39,870 bases of DNA from Thermoproteaceae archaeon (GTDB taxonomy: Archaea; Thermoproteota; Thermoprotei; Thermoproteales; Thermoproteaceae), in the NCBI GenBank assembly GCA_020833025.1, contig JAJHRB010000004.1, positions 1 to 39,870 on the forward strand, given 5' to 3'. Positions 1-7,268 of the stretch are shown in pieces (position 1 is the first letter of the stretch; every line of letters begins with the position of its first letter). A model generated the notes under the pieces. The model worked only from the letters and a program-made list of their open reading frames with translations. It ran no database searches and was not told the origin of the DNA. A program made the position numbers and the translations under genes.

Positions 1-596
1 GCCGCTCTGTCCCGGCGAGTTGACGTAAACCGATATGCACGCCGTCCTCTCGCCGGTCCAGTCACCCGAATCTCGCAGATTCTCGGCGGCATTAACGCCA
101 GAATGCAGTACTGGCCGAAGCCGTAGATGTCAATGGACTGCACCCACCGCGCCGTGCCCTGCCACAGGGGCACGCCGACCGCCGTGAAATTCCCGGCCGG
201 CGTCCTGTTGACGTGCATGTGCGCCATCCGGCCCCGCCCGACGGAGCCCCAGCCCCACGCGCACTACCAGGACCCCTTCAATAGACACAGGCCCACTGCC
301 GCGTCGAAGTTCTGGAAGCCCCGCGCGCCGACATCTGCCGCAAGGACGGGCGTGCATCCTATGCAGAGGCGGAGTACTTCGGACAGCTGCAGTTTCACGA
401 TCTCGCCGGGAGGGGGGCGGCAGGAGGGCCGCGAGGCCGTAGTTGTATTGTCTGCTCCGTCGGGTGGCAGGCCAGCAGGAGCACTCCCGCGCGGCCCCGG
501 CGCAGGGTGGTAGGACGGCGCGCTGGCGCAATGAGCGTTGATGCGCAGATAGTGCCTAGTCTGGCGTTCACTTCTGCTTGCTCGCATGTAAAGCAA
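1..596 (-). pseudogene. Possible multiply frameshifted relic of a beta-rich/surface protein gene running off the left edge
   Basis: Protein-like segments appear in different minus frames (GPVSIEGVLVVRVG; HVNRTPAGNFTAVGVPLWQG..SIDIYGFGQY; GDWTGERTACISVYVNSPGQSG), separated by stops or frameshifts. No family recognised. Confidence 0.2.
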
Positions 597-683
597 GCTA
601 AGAGGCAGTGCAAGCTTGTTAGCATTGCGGTGAGCCGTCCGGCGCGCCGGGAGTTAAACAGCGCGGCAGGAAGGACAAGGGGC

Positions 684-780
684 TGGTAGCCCGGCCGGGA
701 TTCGAACCCGGGCCACGGGGTTTCTCCGCCGGCTCCCGGCCGACTCCAAAGCTGCGGGTCTCGGCAGACTCCCCGCATCC
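684..780 (-). tRNA. tRNA-Gln(UUG) 3' portion (nt 22 to ACCA) with two BHB introns (31/32 at 752-770; 37/38 at 722-745); no functional 5' exon in cis
   Basis: Minus strand: GGATGCGGGG [19-nt intron] CTTTGG [24-nt intron] ACCCCG TGGC CCGGG TTCGAAT CCCGG CCGGGCT ACCA. Intron 1 has H helix GCGG/CCGC and inner helix GTCT/AGAC. Intron 2 has CTTT/GGAG and GTCGGC/GCCGGC. The upstream 24 nt cannot form the acceptor stem. Confidence 0.85.
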
Positions 781-823
781 GTGGCCGGGTCGGTCTGGGC
801 GGCTGTGTCGCAGGTATTCTACG

Positions 824-830
824 TTTTTAA
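824..830 (-). promoter_or_regulatory. TATA box of the tRNA-Gln fragment
   Basis: TTAAAAA preceded by an A-rich BRE-like stretch (GAAAAC), 26 nt before A804, where the GC-rich leader begins. Confidence 0.6.
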
Positions 831-1040
831 GTTTTCAAGTGTAGTTACTGCATCTGGCTAGGGTGAGTTTAGGCGTCACCGAGTTCTTGGTTGATTCTCC
901 TCCCTGAACTGGCCCGCCCTGCGTACTCTGCACCTGTCTGCTTGGCATATCTGTCCGGCGTCGGCACACTAGCGCTAGAAACAGGCCGGCGGGCAATCCA
1001 GCTCCCAGATGGCCGAATTGGCTTTCTCGACGTCTAATAG

Positions 1041-1847
1041 CTATATCTCGAAGACGGCGCCGGCTCCCCTCACCTCGGCCGCTCCGGGCAAAGCCGCATG
1101 TAACGCGGCTATCCCGGACACGCCGGTGCAGTGAGTGCCTACGATCAGGCCGGGGCCCTTGGCCTTGAGGTACTCCGCGACTTCCCTCACTCTGGCCTCG
1201 GACAACCCTATGAAGTGAAGCCCGCCGATAATTGCGTGGAGTCTGTCGGCGCCTGCTACCTTCAAGCCGTATTCTACTATGTTCTCCACTCCGGCGTGGC
1301 CGCAGCCGGTGAGGGCGACGAGCCCCTCGGGGTGCCTTATGTAGAGAGCCATGTCGTCGGGCACAAGATCCAAGGCGGCTCCGGTGTGCGAAGGCCCCCA
1401 GCTCCTCGGTATCTCGCCCGAGGCCCATACGCCTTCGGCGATCTCGTAGGGCTTCCTCACCAGGACCAGCTTCACGCCTTTGGACTCAAGAAAGTCGCGG
1501 GTGAAGTCCACCCCTATCTCCACCTCCCCCACCTCGAACCTGGCGTAGGCCTTTGCGAAGAGATTCTCGTGGGCCACGACTGTCAGCGGCCTGGACCTTG
1601 CGTCGAGAAGTTTCTTGACCCCCCCGGTGTGGTCTATATGTCTGTGGCTGAGCACCAAGACGTCGGGATCGTCGGGAGATATGCCGAGAGCCCTCATGTT
1701 GTTGAGCAGGGCAGTTCCCGAGAGCCCGGTGTCGTAGAGTATTTTCCAGTCGTAGACGTAGGCCGAGAAGCCCCATTCGCCTAGGAGCTTCAGCCTGAGG
1801 GAGGAGGGCTGGGTTAGGTAGTTGTCCACCAGTATCGCTACTCTCAC
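1041..1847 (-). CDS. MBL-fold metallo-hydrolase, COG1237/MJ0301-like (often annotated as a pterin-pathway synthase)
   Basis: Motifs DNY, EWGFS, LYDTG, LSHRHIDHTGG, TGCGHAG, IGGLH, HCTG. GTG start at 1847 follows an AT-rich TATA-like box. Confidence 0.85.
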   Translation of the reverse strand: MRVAILVDNYLTQPSSLRLKLLGEWGFSAYVYDWKILYDTGLSGTALLNNMRALGISPDDPDVLVLSHRHIDHTGGVKKLLDARSRPLTVVAHENLFAKAYARFEVGEVEIGVDFTRDFLESKGVKLVLVRKPYEIAEGVWASGEIPRSWGPSHTGAALDLVPDDMALYIRHPEGLVALTGCGHAGVENIVEYGLKVAGADRLHAIIGGLHFIGLSEARVREVAEYLKAKGPGLIVGTHCTGVSGIAALHAALPGAAEVRGAGAVFEI

Positions 1848-1867
1848 ATCTCCACTGTCGCCGGAGT

Positions 1868-2240
1868 TTATGTAAATTTGCAGCCGATCTCCACATGGGC
1901 CTTCGCCGCGGCGAGCTCCACTGCCCTGCGGTCGGCCTCCAGCCACCGCGCCAGCCTGTCGGCCGGCGCAGGGTCGACGCAATAGCCGGCCCTCTGGAGC
2001 TCTCTCATCAGCCGGTGCACCTTGTCCCTCTTAGCCTGCGCTGCCACCGCGGCCTCCTCAAGGGACAAGCCGGCGAACTTCACGGCGAGCACGCTCTACT
2101 ATCTTGCTGAGCCTGTACGGAGCCCCCGCCGTGGGGCCCCTCAGCTCTATCCGGTAACGCCTGCCGTCAGGCACGCCTATCTCGGCGGCTATACGCGCCG
2201 TGGCGCCCCTGTAGATCCGCTCCTTGTTCACAACGCCGCG
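1868..2240 (-). pseudogene. Possible frameshifted small-gene relic (weakly PIN/VapC-like)
   Basis: Two minus-strand ORF pieces (..RIAAEIGVPDGRRYRIELRGPTAGAPYRLSKIVE / VLAVKFAGLSLEEAAVAAQAKRDK..) join with a 1-nt shift near 2093. The family guess is weak. Confidence 0.2.
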
Positions 2241-2540
2241 CGGCGGGGAGGGCGCCGGCCGTGCGCCCAGACGGAGTTCCTCGTTGCATCCGGCGGGGCC
2301 CATGGCGGCCGGCAGGCGCGGGTGAGGCAGGCCTGGAGGCCCAGCCCGCCGGCAGGAGCGCCTACAGCTGCTGACAGGTACCGCCGGCGGGAGAACGCAA
2401 TGAGTACATTGACTCTATGGCGATGCCCTCAGCTCCTAAATGCACCGCCAGCTCGCCGCTTTGACACTCACGCCGGGCCGCCCGGCGCGTTCGTAGGTCG
2501 CGCCGCAGGCGGCTTAAAAAGCGGGCCGGCGGCAGGTCTG

Positions 2541-3299
2541 GTGTACGTGATAGTGCTGTCGCTGGGAGACCCTGTCTCGCGCGCGTTCCTCAAGCTGGCA
2601 CAGCCCATGCCCCTCCTCAAGACTGTCGGCGAGATCGAGATTCGGAGGCTCGGCGAGCACCGCGTAGTGATTCACAGGGGGGAGCCAACGGAGTTCGGCG
2701 CGGAGGACCTGCTCGTCTCTCTCGGCGCGCACGCGGTCTTTATCTCGAGGCACGAGATGACAAACCCAAGGCCCATGCTGACGGTTCACGCGCCGGGCCC
2801 CTGGCCTGACGTCTCAGTCTCGAACCCGCGCCTCGCGACGGCAATCTTCAGGGCGCTCTGCAAGCTCGCGCCCGAGCCGTTCGCGTGCGCTTTCGAGGCG
2901 ACGCACCACCCGCCGAGCACGTCCAGCGTCTCTGCCACATTCGTGGAGGTGGGGAGCACGGAGAGGGAGTGGGGCGATAGGAGGGCCGTGGAGGCGCTGA
3001 TGTGCGCAGTGAGCGAGGCGCTGGGGAGAGAGCGGGGAGGCGGCGTGCCGACAATGGTAATAGGCGACCTCCACTACTCCACCGCAGCCAGCGATGCACT
3101 GAGGGGGGAGATCGACATCGGGCACGTCGTGCCGAGATATGCGAGCGTGACGGCGGAGGACGTCCTACGCGCGCGCGAGAAGCACACAGAGAGCGTGAAA
3201 CGCGCTGTGGTGTTCCGCAAGGGCGTTAGAAACCCGCTTAGGGCCGAGGTGGTCCGGCTGCTTAAGGAGCGCGGCGTTGAGGTCACCCTACGGGGATGA
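2541..3299 (+). CDS. dtdA: D-aminoacyl-tRNA deacylase (archaeal DTD2)
   Basis: Motifs FISRH, LTVH, FEATHH, FVEVGS. GTG start about 25 nt after TTAAAAA (2514-2520). Confidence 0.9.
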   Translation: MYVIVLSLGDPVSRAFLKLAQPMPLLKTVGEIEIRRLGEHRVVIHRGEPTEFGAEDLLVSLGAHAVFISRHEMTNPRPMLTVHAPGPWPDVSVSNPRLATAIFRALCKLAPEPFACAFEATHHPPSTSSVSATFVEVGSTEREWGDRRAVEALMCAVSEALGRERGGGVPTMVIGDLHYSTAASDALRGEIDIGHVVPRYASVTAEDVLRAREKHTESVKRAVVFRKGVRNPLRAEVVRLLKERGVEVTLRG

Positions 3300-3928
3300 A
3301 CGGCCCCGGCGACTGCAAGCCGGTGATGTTCGACCCGCTGGAGTGGCTTTACGTAATTACCATGGCCCGCTCGCTCCTCCCCGAGCTCTCATTCCACGCG
3401 GACGGGGCGGCGACGAGAGTCGCGGCGTCGCTCGGAGGCCTCTCCATAGACGCGCTGAGGGATCTCGACTGGAGCTCTCCCGCGATCTTCATGCCGCCGT
3501 TCGAGAAGGCAGTCGGCGGTTCGGTGACAGTTGCCGTCGAGGGCCACACGGCAAGGAGGCTCCAGAGGCGCGGGATCAGGCCTGACGTCGTGGTGACAGA
3601 CCTAGACTTCGAGCCTGAGGGCGTCGAGATGGGGAGGTTCGTTGTGGTGCACGCTCACGGCGATAATTACTGGAGGCTGCCGGCCAGGCCCTGGATTTAC
3701 ACCGTGCAGACGTGGCCCGTCGGCTGCACGCACAATATTTCCGGCTTTACTGACGGCGACAGAGCTGTGTACCTGGCTTACTACATGGGGGCGCGGGAGG
3801 TGACAATATCAGGCTTCAATCCCGGCGCGCCGCTCAAGAGAGACGACAGCGTTAAGAGAAGAAAGCTGGCTCTGGCTTCCCACCTGATAATGAGGCTCTC
3901 GCTCAGGATTCCCGTAACGCTCGTCTGA
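3296..3928 (+). CDS. mptE: 6-hydroxymethyl-7,8-dihydropterin pyrophosphokinase (MptE/DUF115)
   Basis: Motifs PDVVVTDLD, VHAHGDN, GFTDGDRAVYLA, KRRKL. Overlaps the dtdA stop (ATGA). Confidence 0.85.
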   Translation: MNGPGDCKPVMFDPLEWLYVITMARSLLPELSFHADGAATRVAASLGGLSIDALRDLDWSSPAIFMPPFEKAVGGSVTVAVEGHTARRLQRRGIRPDVVVTDLDFEPEGVEMGRFVVVHAHGDNYWRLPARPWIYTVQTWPVGCTHNISGFTDGDRAVYLAYYMGAREVTISGFNPGAPLKRDDSVKRRKLALASHLIMRLSLRIPVTLV

Positions 3929-4273
3929 CCTCCTCCCCGCCCTAAAGGGCGGGGGCTCCCCCCGGGCGGATCACGGGTTCGCGGTTTACCGCCTTCACCC
4001 TCATAGCTTCACGGCTGGTGGGTCGAGACACCCACCCCGCTCCGCTCGTCCAGCGGTAGACCGCGGGCCGGGCCTCCGGCCCGTTACCCCTATCCCTCGC
4101 CGCGGAGAGCCCCCCGTCCGCGGCTCCCGGGGACTCGGGGATATGTAGGGACCGCGCGGGGACACACGCCTGCAGCTGGCCCCGGACGGGGCATCCCCGC
4201 GCGGGGGCGCGCATCGTCGAGACAGCGCTGTATTTTAAACTTTGCCCCGCCATGAGGGGCGAGGCTTTCAGTT
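3925..4273 (-). mobile_element. Non-autonomous IS200/IS605 mini-element (PATE-like) with a TnpB C-terminal/omega-RNA remnant
   Basis: Left end: target TTAC (4274-4277), guide AAAG, hairpin 4245-4264. Right end: guide GAGC, hairpin CCCCGCCC-TTTA-GGGCGGGG (3935-3954), terminal TCAG. Internal TTTAAAA at 4233-4239. One frame reads GNGPEARPAVYRWTSGAGWVSRPTSREAMRVKAVNREPVIRPGGAPAL*, resembling crenarchaeal TnpB tails as I recall them. Confidence 0.85.
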
Positions 4274-4316
4274 GTAACCCGGTAAAAGCTTTTTTGCGCT
4301 GTGCTGCATCCGCGCA

Positions 4317-4907
4317 ATGCGCGTGCCCTACGCGCGCGAGGAAGTGGAAATACCGAGCGGCGTCATCGCGTCCGTGGAAAGAGTAGGGCCGTTCGACTAC
4401 AGAGTGAGGGTGAGGGGGCCTCTCGGCGAGCTGGTGAAGGAGTTCAGGAACACGCCGGTGCTCATTAGCGTAGCAGACGGCAAAGTCGTGCTCGAGGTCT
4501 ACAACGCCAGGAAGAGGGAGTACGCCCTCCTCGGCACCTACAAGGGGCTCATCAAGAATATGGTCCTCGGCGTGACCAGAGGCTGGAGGTACAAGCTTAA
4601 GGTAATATACACGCACTTTCCAATGCTGGTTAAGCTCCAGGGGAGGCAGCTAGTGATAGAGAACTTCCTCGGCAGAAAGTCCAAGATTGCGCTGGACGTA
4701 CCGGACGGCGTAAGGGTTGAGGTGAGGGGGAAAGAGGATGTGGTGGTCGAGGGAATTGACAGAGAGCTAGTAAGTCAATTCGCTGCAAGCATTCAGCAGG
4801 CGGTAGAGCTAAGGGGAGATGAGAGGCCGTGCCCCCACGGGCGCGAGGGCGGTCTCGGAGTGATTGACGGAATTTATATTGTGGGCTGCGAGCACATAAA
4901 GAGCTAG
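4317..4907 (+). CDS. rpl6: 50S ribosomal protein uL6
   Basis: EVEIPSGV, VRGPLGELVKEF, KLKVIYTHFPM, IENFLGRK, VVEGIDRELVSQFAASI, DGIYI. Confidence 0.95.
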   Translation: MRVPYAREEVEIPSGVIASVERVGPFDYRVRVRGPLGELVKEFRNTPVLISVADGKVVLEVYNARKREYALLGTYKGLIKNMVLGVTRGWRYKLKVIYTHFPMLVKLQGRQLVIENFLGRKSKIALDVPDGVRVEVRGKEDVVVEGIDRELVSQFAASIQQAVELRGDERPCPHGREGGLGVIDGIYIVGCEHIKS

Positions 4908-4911
4908 CCGC

Positions 4912-5259
4912 GTGCAGCGCACGCTGCTCGAAATCGCGGGCCGGAGGGGGAGGCTCGTCGTTATCGAGGATCCCGACACGGGGGGCATTTACGCGGTAGT
5001 ACCGTGGCGGGAGAGAGTCGCGCCGGCAAAAATAAGAGAGGTGAGAGAGCTAACGCTTGACTACTGGCGGTACGTCAGCGGCATCGGCCTCGTGCTCGAC
5101 CTCACGGCATGGGCGCGCGAGTCCGGAGTGACGCAGGAAGACATAAGAGAGAGGGTTGAGAAGTACGGAGAGCTCGTGGACAGGATAATTGACGTGCTGG
5201 AGAGAGGGGCCGGGAGGTCGGGGGCTGGCGCGTCCCGGAGGAGGTGGGGGCGGCGGTAA
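4912..5259 (+). CDS. Hypothetical protein
   Basis: 115-aa ORF directly after rpl6 with host-like codon usage. No motif recognised. Confidence 0.7.
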   Translation: MQRTLLEIAGRRGRLVVIEDPDTGGIYAVVPWRERVAPAKIREVRELTLDYWRYVSGIGLVLDLTAWARESGVTQEDIRERVEKYGELVDRIIDVLERGAGRSGAGASRRRWGRR

Positions 5260-5295
5260 TTCCATTACGGCGCCCAAGCTTTTTTAAGGCGCCCC

Positions 5296-6030
5296 GTGGG
5301 GCATCCCGTGAGCTACTACGGAGGCCACGAGGAGGTCATCCACTTGGACGTTGACGATGAGAGCAAGAGCATAGTAAGAGAGTCGCTGGCGCAGATGACC
5401 TATCCCGTGGAGCTCCACTTCTTCACGAGCCGGACGTGCGCCAACCGCGACATTAACTGGTGCATACCTACTGAGGAGCTCCTCGACCTATTCACGCAGC
5501 TCGCGCCGCAGGGAATGCTCAGAGTGAACAAGTACATCTACGAGAAGAGTGCGGATGCGTTCGAGAAGTTCGGCGTTGAGCCCTACCGGGTGCCCGCGAT
5601 ATACTTCGAAGACGGCTTTATCAGATATCTCGGAGCGCCCATGGGAGAGGAGGCGCGCGGCTTCCTGGAGACCATAGTGAGGCTGGGCACTGGCAGGACG
5701 GGGCTTAGGCAGAGGACGAGGGCTGAGCTCGCGGCCCTGGCCCGCACCGCATCGAGGCGCGTTTACATCCTCACGTTCACGACGCCTAGCTGCCCGTACT
5801 GCCCGTACGCGGCACTAATAGCGAACATGTTTGCTTACGAGAGCCGCGGGAGGGTCCTCTCGGTGGTCATAGACGCGTACGAGAATCCCGACCTCGCCAA
5901 CATGTACGGCGTGATGGGAGTGCCCGCCGTCGTTATCCAGCCGGAGGGGGCCTCTCTCGGCGAGATAGAGTTCGTCGGCGTGCCGCCCGAGCACGCGTTG
6001 CTTGCGCGCGTGAAGAGCCTGGCGACTTGA
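5296..6030 (+). CDS. Protein disulfide oxidoreductase (PDO; two thioredoxin folds)
   Basis: C-terminal CPYC, N-terminal C...WC, VPA cis-Pro motifs, GAPMGEE and FVGVPPE. TTTTAA about 20 nt upstream. Confidence 0.9.
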   Translation: MGHPVSYYGGHEEVIHLDVDDESKSIVRESLAQMTYPVELHFFTSRTCANRDINWCIPTEELLDLFTQLAPQGMLRVNKYIYEKSADAFEKFGVEPYRVPAIYFEDGFIRYLGAPMGEEARGFLETIVRLGTGRTGLRQRTRAELAALARTASRRVYILTFTTPSCPYCPYAALIANMFAYESRGRVLSVVIDAYENPDLANMYGVMGVPAVVIQPEGASLGEIEFVGVPPEHALLARVKSLAT

Positions 6031-6099
6031 GGGTCTGCCCTTTCGCGCCTCCCCGCGCCCGCGGGAGTCACGGCTATAACCCGCCGCCGCGCGCCTGCT

Positions 6100-6690
6100 G
6101 TGGCGTGCCGCGGGGTTAGGATACGTGTCGCAACGCGCAACGCACATAAACTTGCCGAGATAGCAGAAATACTCAGGCCTTACGGCATTCAGGTAGAGGC
6201 TCTGGGCGCGGAGAAGGTTGAGGTTCAGGACGACGATGTTGCAAACATCGCCAGAAGAGCCGCCGAGATTCTCTGCAGCCAGCACGGCGACTGCGTTGTT
6301 GTGGAGGACACCGGGCTCTACATCAAGAGCCTGGGCGGGTTCCCAGGCCCCTACGCCGAGTACGCGTACAGGACAGTAGGGCTGCGCGGCATCCTGAGAC
6401 TCCTCGAGGGCTCTCGCGATCGCGAGGCGGCGTTCAGGTGCGCCGTCGCCGTCTGCGTCGGCGGGAGCGTTCACGTCTTCATCGGCGAGGCGCGCGGCTG
6501 GATAGCGCGGGAGCCCCGGGGCAGCGCCGGGTTCGGCTACGACCCTGTATTCGTACCGGAGGGGGAGTCGCGGACGTACGCCGAGCTGGGAGGGCTCGTT
6601 AAAAACAGGGTGTCCCACCGCGCCAGGGCCTTCACCGCGCTTGCGAAGTTCCTGCTCGAGAGCTGCAAGTGCGGCGAGAGGACTACGTAG
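6100..6690 (+). CDS. rdgB: Non-canonical purine NTP pyrophosphatase (RdgB/Ham1)
   Basis: ATRNAHK, EDTGL, GFPGPY, GFGYDPVF, KNRVSHRARA. Confidence 0.95.
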   Translation: MACRGVRIRVATRNAHKLAEIAEILRPYGIQVEALGAEKVEVQDDDVANIARRAAEILCSQHGDCVVVEDTGLYIKSLGGFPGPYAEYAYRTVGLRGILRLLEGSRDREAAFRCAVAVCVGGSVHVFIGEARGWIAREPRGSAGFGYDPVFVPEGESRTYAELGGLVKNRVSHRARAFTALAKFLLESCKCGERTT

Positions 6691-7240
6691 CGCGCGCGGC
6701 GGCGCTCCTGCGCAGCAGGAGCGCGCTTGTCGCGACGAAAAGCGCCGTCGCGGCGACAGTGATCCCCACGAGCGCGGCCAGCGGCGCCCTCTCCACCGGC
6801 AGGGAGAGGGCTGGCGAGGCCTCGCACTCAATCGATATGCCGCTCGTGTTGTACACCTCCACGTAGCCCTGCCTGCGGGCGGGCTCCACGACGCCGCGTC
6901 TGCCCCTGCACACAACGCGGGCTCTCGGGTCCTTCACGACCACGACGACGAACTCCGACTGGGCCGTGCAGTCTACGCTGAACCTGCAGTCTTGCGGCGG
7001 CGCGTACGTGCAGTATCTGGCGCCAGAGTAGTATATCCCGTACACAGCATGTGCGCAGATGCGCCACTCGTATGCGCTCAGATCCGCAGGAATGGGAGCC
7101 TTAGAGCCGTTCACAACGACGGCGTCCCGCTCAACCGTAACGACAAGCATGCCGGAGGGGCCGCGCAGCGTGTAGTTGGCGAGGGCCGCTAGTGCTGCCG
7201 CCGCGAGCAGCGCAAGGGCTAGGGGGGCGAGCCGCGACAT
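6683..7240 (-). CDS. Hypothetical secreted/membrane-anchored protein
   Basis: N-terminal signal-like hydrophobic helix (MSRLAPLALALLAAAALAAL), Cys-containing beta-rich middle and a C-terminal TM helix with a basic tail. Confidence 0.7.
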   Translation of the reverse strand: MSRLAPLALALLAAAALAALANYTLRGPSGMLVVTVERDAVVVNGSKAPIPADLSAYEWRICAHAVYGIYYSGARYCTYAPPQDCRFSVDCTAQSEFVVVVVKDPRARVVCRGRRGVVEPARRQGYVEVYNTSGISIECEASPALSLPVERAPLAALVGITVAATALFVATSALLLRRSAAARAT

Positions 7241-7268
7241 GCCCTGCACCCCGCTCCTTTAATTAACA

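Noticed and set aside
639-653. 15-nt match CCGGCGCGCCGGGAG to the tRNA-Glu leader
   Set aside because: A near-palindromic, almost all-GC word in a GC-rich genome; chance is likely.
600-683. Permuted tRNA-Gln (5' half downstream of the 3' half, as in Thermofilum)
   Set aside because: The minus-strand sequence after ACCA contains no AGCCCGG/TCTAG 5' exon.
684-780. tRNA 3' fragment as the attR scar of an integrated element
   Set aside because: Disfavoured rather than excluded: the upstream side carries a correctly spaced promoter and core genes, whereas an attR fragment should be preceded by element DNA.
3942-4616. 224-aa minus-strand ORF
   Set aside because: A chimera of antisense rpl6 and the TnpB tail remnant; not a gene.
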